This document shows positions 50,477 to 62,902 of a DNA stretch of 64,000 nucleotides, piece after piece. A program made the position numbers and the translations under genes. The notes under the pieces were generated by a model, which saw nothing but the letters and a program-made list of their open reading frames with translations, had not been told where the DNA came from and searched no databases. Each line of letters starts with the position of its first letter. Position 1 is the first letter of the stretch. The stretch is from Dimorphilus gyrociliatus (lineage: Eukaryota; Animalia; Annelida): NCBI GenBank assembly GCA_904063045.1, contig CAJFCJ010000008.1, positions 1,540,097 to 1,604,096 of the forward strand, in the 5' to 3' direction.

Positions 50477-53400
50477 GTCAAAGATTATCTCACCCGGCTA
50501 ATAATGGCAAGTAGATGGAGCTAGATCTCATTTTGACTCGTGCCAAAACCTATAAGAAATTTTTAAAAATGAAGTTAAAAAGAAGAGCAAATAAGTATTA
50601 AGAAAAAAGGAAAACCCAATGAAAAAGGCTCGTTCATCCTTAAAATCACGACAATTCTTATACAAAAGAAAAAGCTGTCTTCAAAGATTTTAAGCCTATA
50701 AATACAATCTTTATGCGCAAAAATATTTATAAATATAATTATTTCTACCGCCTATGATCCATGTGCACAATTACTATATTCGGCCCGAAAGCAAGACTTA
50801 ACCTTGATAAAAGTTGATTTATATCGTGTCGGTAAAAAAGAAAGAAAGAAGAAACTAAATGTGAGTAACCCTTTAGGAGGATAGCAGATAAATTATCTTG
50901 TGAAAATCCGATATCGGGAAAAAGCAGCTTTTTCTCAGCGTGTTGCCACCGTTTCGGACTGTCAGTTTCGAATGTCCAGAACGCGTTGTTTATTCATCGA
51001 ATCATATGGAATTAAAACGTTTTACGGTCTTCAGATTTCTGAAACTTTGGCGATTTCAATACACTATCTAATTTACTTTTGATCGACTCACCTACTTTTG
51101 TGATCATTGAGGTTTTCAGACAAATTGTGACAGTTGTTCCCAGACGACAATCGGCTCTATGATAATCACCATCAATAAAAAGAGGAATAAAGAAAAGTAC
51201 TTGTTACATTTCTTACACGATAAAGAAACTTGCATAATACTTATCCATTACAGGCCGGGTGTTTTTTTCTTCATTGCAACGTCTACAAAAGATAATATTT
51301 GCCCAATGAGAAAAGGATTGATAAGTAGTTTCTTCTCAGTCTTCATCAATAGAGGCTAATTTACTTTGTAAAGTAAAATTAACTGCCAATTAGATTGCCG
51401 GATTCTATAAACTCTTTGAGTATAAATTTAAATAAGAAACTCTTATAAGAGTTGGACTTTCCTAAAATTTTCAATATCCGGCCCAGACCGAGAATAGGAA
51501 ATTCTTCGCCCCCTTTGTCACCCTCCACTTTTTTTACATAACAAAAAGAAAGGTCTTTCCTTTAAGCATCAGTCAGCGGAAAGGACGCCTTTGGATTTTC
51601 TATTCTCTTCAAAGATATTATCGTTATTAGGAAAGATTGATAAAACAAGGAGATTTTTCCCCTCCTCCAAGGTATTATTACCGTTTTTTCGAAAGGAATG
51701 TCTGAATTTAATACTGCATGATTTCATCATTGAGAACGCTTAAACCCTTAGAGAAAAAAAGTAACGTTTTCTTTCACGGATGCCTGACTGCGTCAACCTT
51801 TTAAGAAAACATACAGAATTCTGCGCGTGTGTGTATGTGGAACTGTATGCAACCATGTATTATGCGGAGTCTTTGTGAAGGAATCTAATCGACAAAACAT
51901 TCCATCCCAACGAGGAACCCCCACCCCGCCCCCAAGCTCTTCATGAATGAATGAATAATTTATTACCGATTCAAAAACAGTCAATATTTAAGTAATAAGT
52001 TCAACATGGTTTTTATATATGTTTATAAAGGTATTTGTATACTTGAGTTTACTTTTTTTATTAATTTGAAAAAGAGTAAGAAAACGTTTTCCCACTTCAC
52101 AATTTTAATGGATGGTATCAGGTATCGAAAATTAACGTGATGGGCCCAAAGTAGCAGTAAAAGTGTCCAAAGAGTGTTGTTTATTCATGAACCACTCACA
52201 GGCTTCGAATTCTCAACTTTGGCGATTTCAATGCAGGCAGTAATTAAACTGATGGACTCTTTGCAGTCATTCGACACTAAGCCCTGAATAAGGCTGTTGA
52301 CTCGATCCTTCTGTTGCTTAGGGATGTCACGCTGAGTCCTCAGGGGGAAACCTTTTCTCATTTTTCACTACATTTTTGAAAAAAACCAATAGTCCGTATA
52401 TAAACAATTCATTCTTAGGAAAAATTGTCGAATGAATAGGTAAAGGAATCGTATATTACTTAAGAAAATATATCACAAACAAGGAAGGTGAGAAGGGAGG
52501 AGGTGAAAGAGGGACATGAAAGTATATTCGACCTAAGGGGCGATAGTTTTTTTTTTTAGAAGTTGTTATCGTCCCTCGTCGATCTTTACTGACCGAATCG
52601 GCTCGTGTGAAGTTAGAAATCTTAGAGGCTAGATGGAATTTGGTGATAAGCGCAATTTCGCCTCTTTTACAACTTATTTTTTATTAGCGTTCTTTAAAAC
52701 GCCTTTTTTTGAAAGAGTGCCGGATTTTGTAGACAAAGTATCGATTTAAGGGGCAATTCGTACATCAATCGAACAATTGTATGCTCTTCCCAGCCCATAA
52801 TAAAAGTTAGCGTTTGCGTATAGTCAAGTGGCAAACGACCGTGCTTTGTTTGTCTAATAGTCCCATATTGCAATTTCCTAAATTCTAATTTACCTTTCTA
52901 CGTAAGCCTACTTGGATAAAAAAAATTGGCGCCATTAATTTATTTACCCGTCCCACTCTCTTGTATTTGCATAGACCAGGTGATGTCCTCTGCAGGCGAT
53001 TCTTTGCTTTCCAGCGTTCCTTTCTTTGCCGATATGGAACTTGATAGTTCTAGGCAGATGGATTTTAGGTGTTAATTTCAACTTTGACTATTATTCCTTG
53101 TTTTTTTTTATGTCTCTCCAGTTTCCATTTTATTTTATTTGTTCTTTTTTGTCGTTTCAAACATCTTTTTCTTTAACTCCTTATAGTCATAATTAGAATT
53201 CGCAGCTGTTATATCAATATGAATAATTAAGCAAATAATGGATGTAGCATGTCAATTTTAAAGTGCAAAAGTGACTATATGTGTCATTATTTGTTTTACT
53301 ACAAGAATAGAAAAAACATTCCGAGTTCTATCAAGAACGATGATTTAATGGCCTATTTGCTAATCATTTTCACAACTTTGTTTGCAATCATTCCCCATCT

Positions 53401-55101
53401 ATTCAACTATTCATTCAAGTATTTTCTTCCTCATGAAAAAACTCAATAAAATATTTAAAAAAAACCTGTCAAACTAAATTATTAAACAACTTAATATATT
53501 GCGAGAAAAAATAACAACTATAGAAGGAATAGAAAACTAAAAAAAAGGGAAAAAAAGGGGAATTATCTCTTTTCTATTATTATTTATATTACCTGTTTTT
53601 TATATCTTGAATACGCTTATTTCTCTTTGCTGAGTAAATCAACTTTTGTAATGAGAAAAGACAAAGTTTCATCGACTTTTAACTGAAAGGAATTAAGCTT
53701 AAGGCATATTAAATATCAGTATTAATATCATAATACATTAAGTATGTAAGAAGGTAACTTTATATTAACGACAATTTTTTGTTAGAGAAAACAAAATAAA
53801 AAGGGAAAATAATAAACATTGTTTAGAAAGTTATCCTTCCTGATCTGGATACTTAAGTGAATAGGCCGCAATAAAACGGATTTAAGGTCTAAATGCGATT
53901 CTTATATAACCCTTTTGGTTAGTTGTATAAGATCGGATTAGTAAGGGGGCTTTTAGTACCCTAATCCAAATGGCTAAGTAGAAAATCTTTTTCTCGTCCA
54001 ACGACCAACACTCGAGTAGAATAGTACGCACTGAATTGTTTACGACAAAAGATAAGAGGTTTATCTCGGACCCTACTGAATGTTTATAGAATGAAGCCTT
54101 CGTTACTGGGCTACCGGCTATATGATGCAACATTACATTTAAAACAAGTATGCCACAAGGAATTTTCCTTTTACCCTATATAGCTGTCGAAATAGCCGTT
54201 TGAAGCCGTATTCCATTCGAACTCCCGGGGAAGGTTGTTTTGCAAAAAGGAACGCTCTTATGCCATATTTCTGAACATTGTCGTCTGTCAGAATATTCAG
54301 AGTAGAGTTGAATTGGACTTGAATTGAATAATTTGCGTGAGAAGGATCTGAACATGCTGGGTCGATTATGAGGTCTACGGCAGGAGGTTGGTCGTAATTG
54401 ATTTCAAATATATACAAAAAGGGACGTTCATGTATCGTAATATTGACTCAGCTGTTTGTATAAAAACTCCTTAAATATTGACCAACTATATGAAAAAATT
54501 TTCTTTTCCAAACAAGAACTTTAATCGACCGGATTAGAGCCGTCGCTTTTTACTTGTTCAAAGTTTACGCATACTAATCAATCACTTGGCCCCTTCTAAT
54601 CCGTTTTTAGCGTGCATTCTTCAACTTAATCATTCAATTTCATTAACCTTATCTAGCGCATGCGCCCAACAACCGGCTCTCATTTGTCTTGTACTATCTT
54701 GACAGATGCTCTCCTTGATCCCCAAAATTAAATTCAGTTTACACGCCTTGTCGAGTCTTTTTCTTCTGTATACTTTTTTTCGGAAAATACTCTTTTCTCT
54801 CTGCAAATACTATTCGTTTGAAGCATGCATGTACTAATCTACAAATAGCGGACCACCTTCGGTGAAATCCTGTCGAATTCAACACGGAGTGAAAAAGACT
54901 ATTTAGCCTAGACAAATATTTGTTGATCGAACATATTTCTCCAGTTTCCCTTCATTTCATAAATACTTTGATTAATGTGCCAGCTACATTGTTCTATGTA
55001 GTTTTTTGTTCCCTCTTACTTTGTCATCCACCTTTTATCTTTTAATTGCAGTCTTAAATCCCGCCTACTTTCAAACTAACCAATAAGCGCCCTGTTCTTT
55101 G

Positions 55102-55235
55102 GTCACGTGACAATTATTGACGGTCTAGCTACGTGCTGTAGTTGAAGCGAGTCAGTTCGCACGCCAGTTGGCATTCTGTCAGCACTAAAGTTGTAAGAAT
55201 TAACGTTTTTTAGATTACGCAATTTCTTTCTATAG
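55102..55235 (+). promoter_or_regulatory. Probable protocadherin core promoter and 5' UTR mini-intron
   Basis: Palindromic E-box GTCACGTGAC at 55102, Inr-like TCAGTT at 55152, donor gtaaga at 55193 and acceptor ttctatag at 55235 (43-nt intron) ahead of the ATG at 55312. Confidence 0.5.
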
Positions 55236-55311
55236 GTGATAATATATACTTTGGAACAAACTACTCAACATTGGATTACTCTACTATTTGGAGACAATCC
55301 AGTTATTAATA

Positions 55312-57972
55312 ATGTGTTCTTGGACTGTTCTTCTCTTCTTTATAACTTTGAATATAGTTGTTTGCGAACATTATGATTTAGAATTCCAGATCGAAGAAGA
55401 AGTTCCTGAGTATACTTTCGTTGGCAATATAAAACAGAAGATAGGATTAACCAACTCTGAAAATGTTGAATTTAAACTTTATAAACCTACAAAAAGTAAT
55501 CACAACAAATTTTTTCGATACGAAGTAGGCACTGGAGTTTTACGAACTAATAGGCCTATTGACCGCGAAGAGATATGCAAATTTCTCACTCGATGTGTTC
55601 TAACGGCTTATTTAACGTCGACGTCATATGAACTTTTTTATACAGTCACAGTTAAAGTTGACGTAAAGGATATAAACGATAATTATCCAAAATTTAGTTC
55701 AGACTCCATAACTATCAAAATCAGTGAAGATGAACAGCAGGGAAAATCTTTTAATTTGCCAACGGCAGAGGATTCTGATAGTGGAATGTTATCGGTAACG
55801 GGCTACGAGCTACAACCGACTTCTGATTTGTTTGAACTCCAAAATAATGCTGTTGCTCACGGTACAACAAGATTAAAGTTAATTTTACGTGGAAGTTTAG
55901 ACAGAGAAAAGCAGGAGAAGTATACCTTCATTTTGCTTGCCTTTGATGGAGGCGTCAATAGAAAATCTGGCAAACTAATCTTAAACATCACCGTTCTGGA
56001 CGCTAATGACAAGCCACCAAAATTCTTGTCAGATATTTATAGAGTTAAAGTAAATGAGACCCTTAAAGTGGGAGAAACGATAGTTAAAGTTGAAGCAACA
56101 GATGAAGATATTTTGTATAATGCAAAGATATCTTACTTCTTTACCGAGAAGACATTCAAATACTATGGTAGTCTTTTCGACATTGGAAGGGATAGCGGGG
56201 AGATTATTCTTAAATCGCAATTGGACCGGGAGACAAAAGATTCCTACAATCTAGTCGTTATTGCCAAGGACGGCCAAAACGAAGCCTTTACAACAGTGTA
56301 TATCACCGTTGAGGATGCTAATGACTCGCCGCCATTAATTTTTGTGGCTACACTTTCGTCTTTCTCTTATGCTATTGTAGAAGAAAACCTTTCACAAGAT
56401 AGTCCCAGTAATTTCTTTGCTCATTTTACTGTTGAAGATGGTGATATTGGTTCAAGCGGTCATGTAAGTTGTTCCATTAATGATACTGATACTTTCGAAT
56501 TGGTAACGATACCGTCGGATAGTTTTAAGATAAAAACTAGAAAACCAGTTAACAGGGAAGAAAAAAGTCGCTATTTTTTAAAGATTGTATGCTTTGATCA
56601 TGGTTTACCGCCCCTTAATTCCTCCGAAACGCTTGAGGTTAGAGTTCAAGACGTGAATGATCATACTCCGACATTTCCAAATTCTATATACAAGGGAAGT
56701 ATTAAAGAAAATCTTCTTTCCGGAACACTAATTATTAAAGTACAGGCATGGGATGCTGATGCGGGTAACAATTCCAAACTGACTTATAGCATTAGTGGTT
56801 ACGAATCTCAATATTTTGAGGTTAACTCCAACACCGGTGAAATATTTAGCTCAAGACCATTTGATAGAGAATTAAAAGACTTTTATAGATTCAAATTGAC
56901 AGCAACAGATAATGGAAAGCCGAAAAAATATTCAACAACTGAAATAGATATAACAGTTGAAGATCAGAATGATGAGGCGGCATATTTTGATAAACAGTCC
57001 TATGTCTTTCAAGTGGAAGAAAGTGACAGAAAATTGGAGTATGGAAAGTTCAGAGAAATTGATCGAGTTATTGCAAGAGACGCTGATCTCAAGCCATATG
57101 ATTCATTCCACTATGAATTTGCTCTTGATTTCGGCACTGATCATGAATCGTTCGTAATTGATAGGGATACAGGAAAGATCATGTCGAAGATAGCTTTAGA
57201 TCGGGAAGTTCAGGATGCTTATTACTTGGTCGTTGTAGCCGTTAATGATCACACACCCTTATTTACTGGGTCAGCAAGCGTCTCTATCTTTGTCTTAGAT
57301 ATGAATGATAATGATCCAGTAATAACATATCCAGACGATGTGAATGATACACTTCAAGTTTCAAATCAATTACCGATTAATTACCACGTAGCTAAAATAG
57401 AAGCAAAAGACGACGACGCAAATGAGAATTCAAGATTGTATTACTTTCTGAGGGAGGAGAATGAATACTTTAAAATAAACCCAACTAGTGGAGAAGTTCG
57501 CGTAAAAAAATCCCTTTCATTAGTCAAAGACGTTGAGACGTTCAAATTATCTCTTATTGTACAAGATAGTGGTGACCCACCGAGGAATGCCACTGGTAAT
57601 TTGTACGTTGTCGTTAACAAGAGTATTCCATTCACCTTCAGTTCACAAACTGGCGAAGAAAACGTTAACAAGATGATCGTTATAACTTTAGCGGCCGTCT
57701 CCTCTTGTCTAATAGTCTTATTGCTGCTGGCTATTTTCTCAATCCGTATTCATGATAGCCGAAGGAGAGCACGAAGTAGACGAATTCCAACAAAGATCGA
57801 ATCTCACCAACCTTTAACGGATAAATATGATGAACTATTAAGAATTCCCGTACCGGCCCACCACAGTGCTGTTAACATGGTAACGTCAGAGAACAGGAGG
57901 AATTCGGCTGTTGAAAAACAACAGGAGAAAAGAAGCACAGACTATGGCGGCAGACAGGTCTGGAATCCCGAC
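55312..57972 (+). CDS. Protocadherin with 7 cadherin repeats (delta-1/spiralian type); large first coding exon, downstream cytoplasmic exons not located
   Basis: Signal peptide, EC1 with DREEIC-x5-C, linkers DINDNYP, DANDKPP, DANDSPP, DVNDHTP, DQNDEAA and DMNDNDP giving 7 EC, TM IVITLAAVSSCLIVLLLLAIFSI, consensus donor GAC|gtaagt at 57973. Confidence 0.93.
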
Positions 57973-59125
57973 GTAAGTAAAATTTTTACTCTCTGTTAAT
58001 ATAGAACAAGTTCCAGTATTACGCGGATGTATGATTCATTCTAAACCCCTGTTGTTTGTCGAAAGTATTTCCAATCGATTTCTCTCTGTTACGTAATGAT
58101 TAATTCTCGCGCCCTTTTATAAAGGTTTGTTTGTCTTATTTATCGAACGAATAGGAGTGTTATAAAATTAGAGATATGCAATTTCTCGGTTGATATAAAT
58201 TGCTGCTCTCTAATTAGCCAGTGCTTTTTGAAATGCCTAACCGGTCTTCTCTTTCAAAAGCAAAAAAAAGAGGCACTGACCTTGTTTGCCATCTCAGCTG
58301 TTGATGCCAGTCAATTTATAGCATTGCATGTGAACTTTTAACAAATGTTTGTGAATTTTCTACAAGTATGGTTAGGATCTTCGTGAATCAGTCGAGCATG
58401 CTTTGTTTCTTACCAATTCTAAAGAAAAAAAAATAAGGACATCGTTTGCGTGCCTGAATTCACGTTCTGTCAATTTAAATTATTCAATAAGAAAACTAAA
58501 AAGAAACTATTAGCGATCTATAGTTTCTATCTATTTATCTATCTATTATTATTATTTTAATTAAAGAATTATTCAATTGGAAGTGCCCAGTTCTAATAAA
58601 TAAAAAAAAACCGGAACAATTTTCTTCCTCACATTGTTTACCCGCTGTCAAAAGAACATACCGGATATTTTAAAAATTTTTACTCATATATTGATTGAAA
58701 TATAAAGGTTGTGTACTTTGTCATTTTCAAAATTGTACTTAATATATACTTTATTGACTAATGCCGACTTTTACGTTGACAATTAAAAAGGTTCTTCTTT
58801 AATATCTCTAATCTTGTCTGGTTTAAGTATGACATTACAGGTAAATAGGTGTTTATTAGACTTATGTAAAGGAGTCACTAGGGGATTTCCTTTTACTAGT
58901 CAAATATCCATTTAAGACATCTATCAAACAAGGTACTTAAAATGTAATAGTTAAAAAGTAGAATAAAAAATGAAGGAGGGGTGTGGAGGGTTTGGGGTTA
59001 AGGAGAGTTTTTTTAATACATAAGTGAAAGACTATACAGTATAACAAAGAGTATTATTAAAGCAATATAGATTTTAATGATCTGTGAACAATTATATGTA
59101 GTTTTTTATACTAGTTGACAATAAA

Positions 59126-59177
59126 AAATTACTTTGGTGGGCTTTTAACGGATGACCGCTTGAACTATATATTCAAA
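59126..59177 (+). repeat. Copy B of the 52-bp dispersed element (copy A at 50237-50288)
   Basis: Same orientation as copy A, 45/52 identity. Confidence 0.85.
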
Positions 59178-62100
59178 TATATTTCCCCACCGTACAATGA
59201 TGATGTTAATGATTTTATCCGAATAGGAATCTGTTACGTCACTGATTGCTTTTAAACATCAGCGCTTGCAATTAGGTAAAAGGCGAAATAAACTTGGTAG
59301 CGAGTAAAAAGTGTATAATATATTAGATTTATTAGGTATACGTATTGCGTGTAATATAACCAACGTAATAAAATATGGAAGAAAATAAGAATTGATTGTC
59401 CGCATATAGCAAAGCTACTAATTAATAATAAAGAAGAAACGAAAGAGGGTATAATTTGGTTGCTTTGTGGACATCCGAATGAATGAAACGTATTAAACTA
59501 CACGAAGAGAAGGAAGGAAAATTCACAAGTTATTAAAGCAATTTAGGTAAAGTTAAAGCTAGCTTTTATAAAGAAAAGGAAGCAATAAACCTCATAGAAA
59601 TAGTGGAGAAACGAAATGATTGGCAAATTTGTTTGTAACTCTATAAAAACAAGATAGAAAACCTGTGAATTAATTCAATTAAGAAGTAAAAATACAGACG
59701 CTGGACACCTTATAAAGCAATATATACAAATCAAGTTTATGAGAATAAAATAATCCCAAAAAAGGGGTTACAAAAAGAAATTAAACTATTGGGGGAGCGA
59801 TCAATCACGGTTAACTGTAAAACCAATTAGATCGAAACGAGTCAACAGGAAAATAAGAAAGTCGTCCTAGTTTTATGGGAAACACTGATAAGCTTGAATA
59901 TGTGAATGTCTCTGTCTGTATCTATATGTATATTTTGCATAATACCCGTATTTCTTCAGATTGTAGAGGATATTTTAAGTTGAGATAAATAAGGTTAAAA
60001 GGCTAAATGCTAAAGGGAAAAGAATAAAAGGTTGAACTTGCGCATGGAAATATCTGCTATCAAATCGGATATATTTAACCGTAAAACCAATTAGGTTAAA
60101 ATGACTACAGAGTTGTTCTTCATCAATCATCATCTCTACAGGGTCAGCCATATCCCATACTTAAAGATTTCCAACTAGCTAATGGACCGTCCTAATCCTA
60201 CGGATGTTTTTTCGTCAGCCTTAGCTTTCTAGCAGGCCCTAAATAAAAGCATCCAAACTAAACGGCGCGGAAAGATTTGTATTGGTCCTGAAACAGACTC
60301 ATCTTCCATTGTTCAGTCACCCTCTAGGCCACTTAAAAACCTTTCGATTTTTCTATGCTTTTCTCGAACGATAAGCATTGTTTATAAGAATAAAAAATAA
60401 CAGATACGGAAGCTTCCTTTCACATAGCCTTTGGTAAAGCTAGTTAGGAGAGAAAATTCCCCATAACATTTGAAAGATTTAGAGAAAAGAGGAGAGAGGG
60501 ATAGAAGGGGGGCATAACGCGCATACTGGTGAGGTCGGAGCAGCTGTAAAGGAACGCAAGAAGCGCTCGTTAATTCGGCGGAAAACACGTTCTTTTACCG
60601 AACTTTTCGTTTATTTGTATTGACGGCAACGGAGCGTGGCAGACGAGGCAAACTATAGCCTCGTACACCTAGGGGTTTCAGTTTTCTAGTAGAGTTTGTT
60701 ATTCTTAACTGGCCTTTTTGTTGTTCCTTCTAGCGTTTAATATATACATAAATAATCAGGGGGCCTATCGCAATATTTGATGGCCCGCGAATTTTTATAG
60801 AGATTGTATTATTACTCGTAGATTTAAGTTTTTTCCTGTAATCTTATCATAATATTTACTGAATATTCAGTCGCCGCTAAACTGTACTATATCATATAAA
60901 GCCCCTATAAAAGTAGTTAGGTGGACGCTTGATATAAAAAAAATAGCGCTATTCAACCTCTGACTTAGAAAATATGGAAAAAATTATTTCTAATATGAAT
61001 TATTTGCACAATTGTCGAATATTTGAATATTCTCGAAGAAAATTTTTGATAGGAAGAAAATATTAAATCACAAAAATTTGATATATAATCAACAAAGAAT
61101 TCGTGCTTTTTCTCAATGTTTAAAAAAATGACCTATAGCCCTACCAGTTGGTTCAAATATACAAATATGTCTTTTGGTTTATTTTTATAAACATTCTATT
61201 ATTTGTTCATTTCTCATTCATCGTTCACAATATTTAAAAGCTTAACGGCTACGAAATAGATGTCAGATAAAAAGATTTATATTAGGAAAATTTTCATCTG
61301 CTTAGGCTTTATTACTTCGCAGAGTAATATACGAAAAAGAATGACCTATTGGTAACACAGCTGTTTTTCTCTTATAATCCTCATACTAAACCGTTAGGTT
61401 TTACTATTCACATGTCGAAAACCATCTTTCTTTACCCAACGAAAAGAAAAACACTCTTTAAATAATCGCAGGTAGATAAACACGTATTCGTGACATTCAT
61501 GTATGGAATATGTTCACCCAAAAATGTATATCTTTCACTACAAAAACATAAAAGTGTGGAAAAAGTAAAAATTATTAAATATATGGGCTTAACAATATAT
61601 ATATATATATACAGTTGCTTACTGTATAAAAAAATATATTCACTATTTATTTCCTTTCTTTCTTATTTCCTGTTTCAGTTATATAATGTGTTTCATAAAA
61701 GTTGTTAGTTTGGATTTTTTTAATGCCTTCCGGTTGTCCTTTTAGTACTAAGGCTTTAGCAAACTGTTTTACTAAACTTCCTTTCTCGATGTTCATTCTA
61801 GCATTTAATAAAACACATAAATAATTGCCAGAAGGGGTCTTATAAGCCAATTATTACCTTAGTAATGCACTGGGAGGGATAAATTCCGTTTTAAATGAAT
61901 ACTTAGTATACCCAAACGAGGGGGATTTTCTCTTAGAAATTGCATGTAAGCATTTATATTTCAATATAAAAGTATATACAATATACTAGAAAGGTTGTTT
62001 ATACAAGTTATTTTTCGGATGACATAGAGTTTTCATTTTCGCCTTTAACGCCTCTATTCTTTGATTTTCTTTTTTAATAGACGTTTTATTAATAATATAT

Positions 62101-62886
62101 GTACTAGTTTGCTCCTGTTTCGACTAATAAAGAGATTCGAAATAAACTGTCTAAACAAGCTGACGGTCAGTTAAAGATGCAATTTCCTGGGCGTTTTGTG
62201 CTCGAAAGGCTGACGAGTGGTGTTTTCCTTTCGTCTTTCATCGCCCTCTAATTGCTTGACGGTCTAATTGTTGCATAAAATGGTCTAGGTGGAATTTTAC
62301 TCAAAGAGAGACAGAGGAGTGGTAGATGAGAAAGAAGGAAGTTTAAGGCTAATAAAAGGAATATACAAAATCGTAAATGGTTTGCTAAGCAGCTTAATTC
62401 GCCTGTAGAATGCAAGATAGGCTACTCACTATTAAGCACTTTCGTGGAAAAGAAGCATTCAGTATTGAGTAGAGTCCCCAAAAGAATCTTACTAGCTTTA
62501 TTATATTTGACTTTTATGGTCTCTAATTCAACACTCTCAACTAATTACAAGAATATCGCGTCAAAATAAGGCGTTTCTGTATCAAAAGAAATGTTTCCCA
62601 CTACAATATCCTTTAATGGATATAGCAAATGCGGTTTTCCCAATCAATATCATTAGGGGAATGAATCGACTTGGCTGTAAAGGCTATCTATTTTTATTTG
62701 TTTCCGTAAACATTGATCAGACGGTTTTAGTTGATGAAAGACAGCGTCCACCTCCTTTAACGCCTTCGATAAGAAGAGACATAACAGTTTGTTTGTACTA
62801 ATAACAAGTTCCTTTTCTCTGGAACAGATTCCGACCTTTTAAGAGAATGTACAACTATTTAATATTGTAGAAAGCAGTTACGTAAT

Positions 62887-62902
62887 AGCGGCAGCTGCCG
62901 CT
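62887..62902. repeat. 16-bp GC-rich perfect palindrome AGCGGCAGCTGCCGCT centred on E-box CAGCTG
   Basis: Read directly; self-complementary. Confidence 0.85.

Noticed and set aside
60643-60664. Small hairpin ACGAGGC-N8-GCCTCGT
   Set aside because: A 7-bp stem is expected by chance and it has no supporting context.
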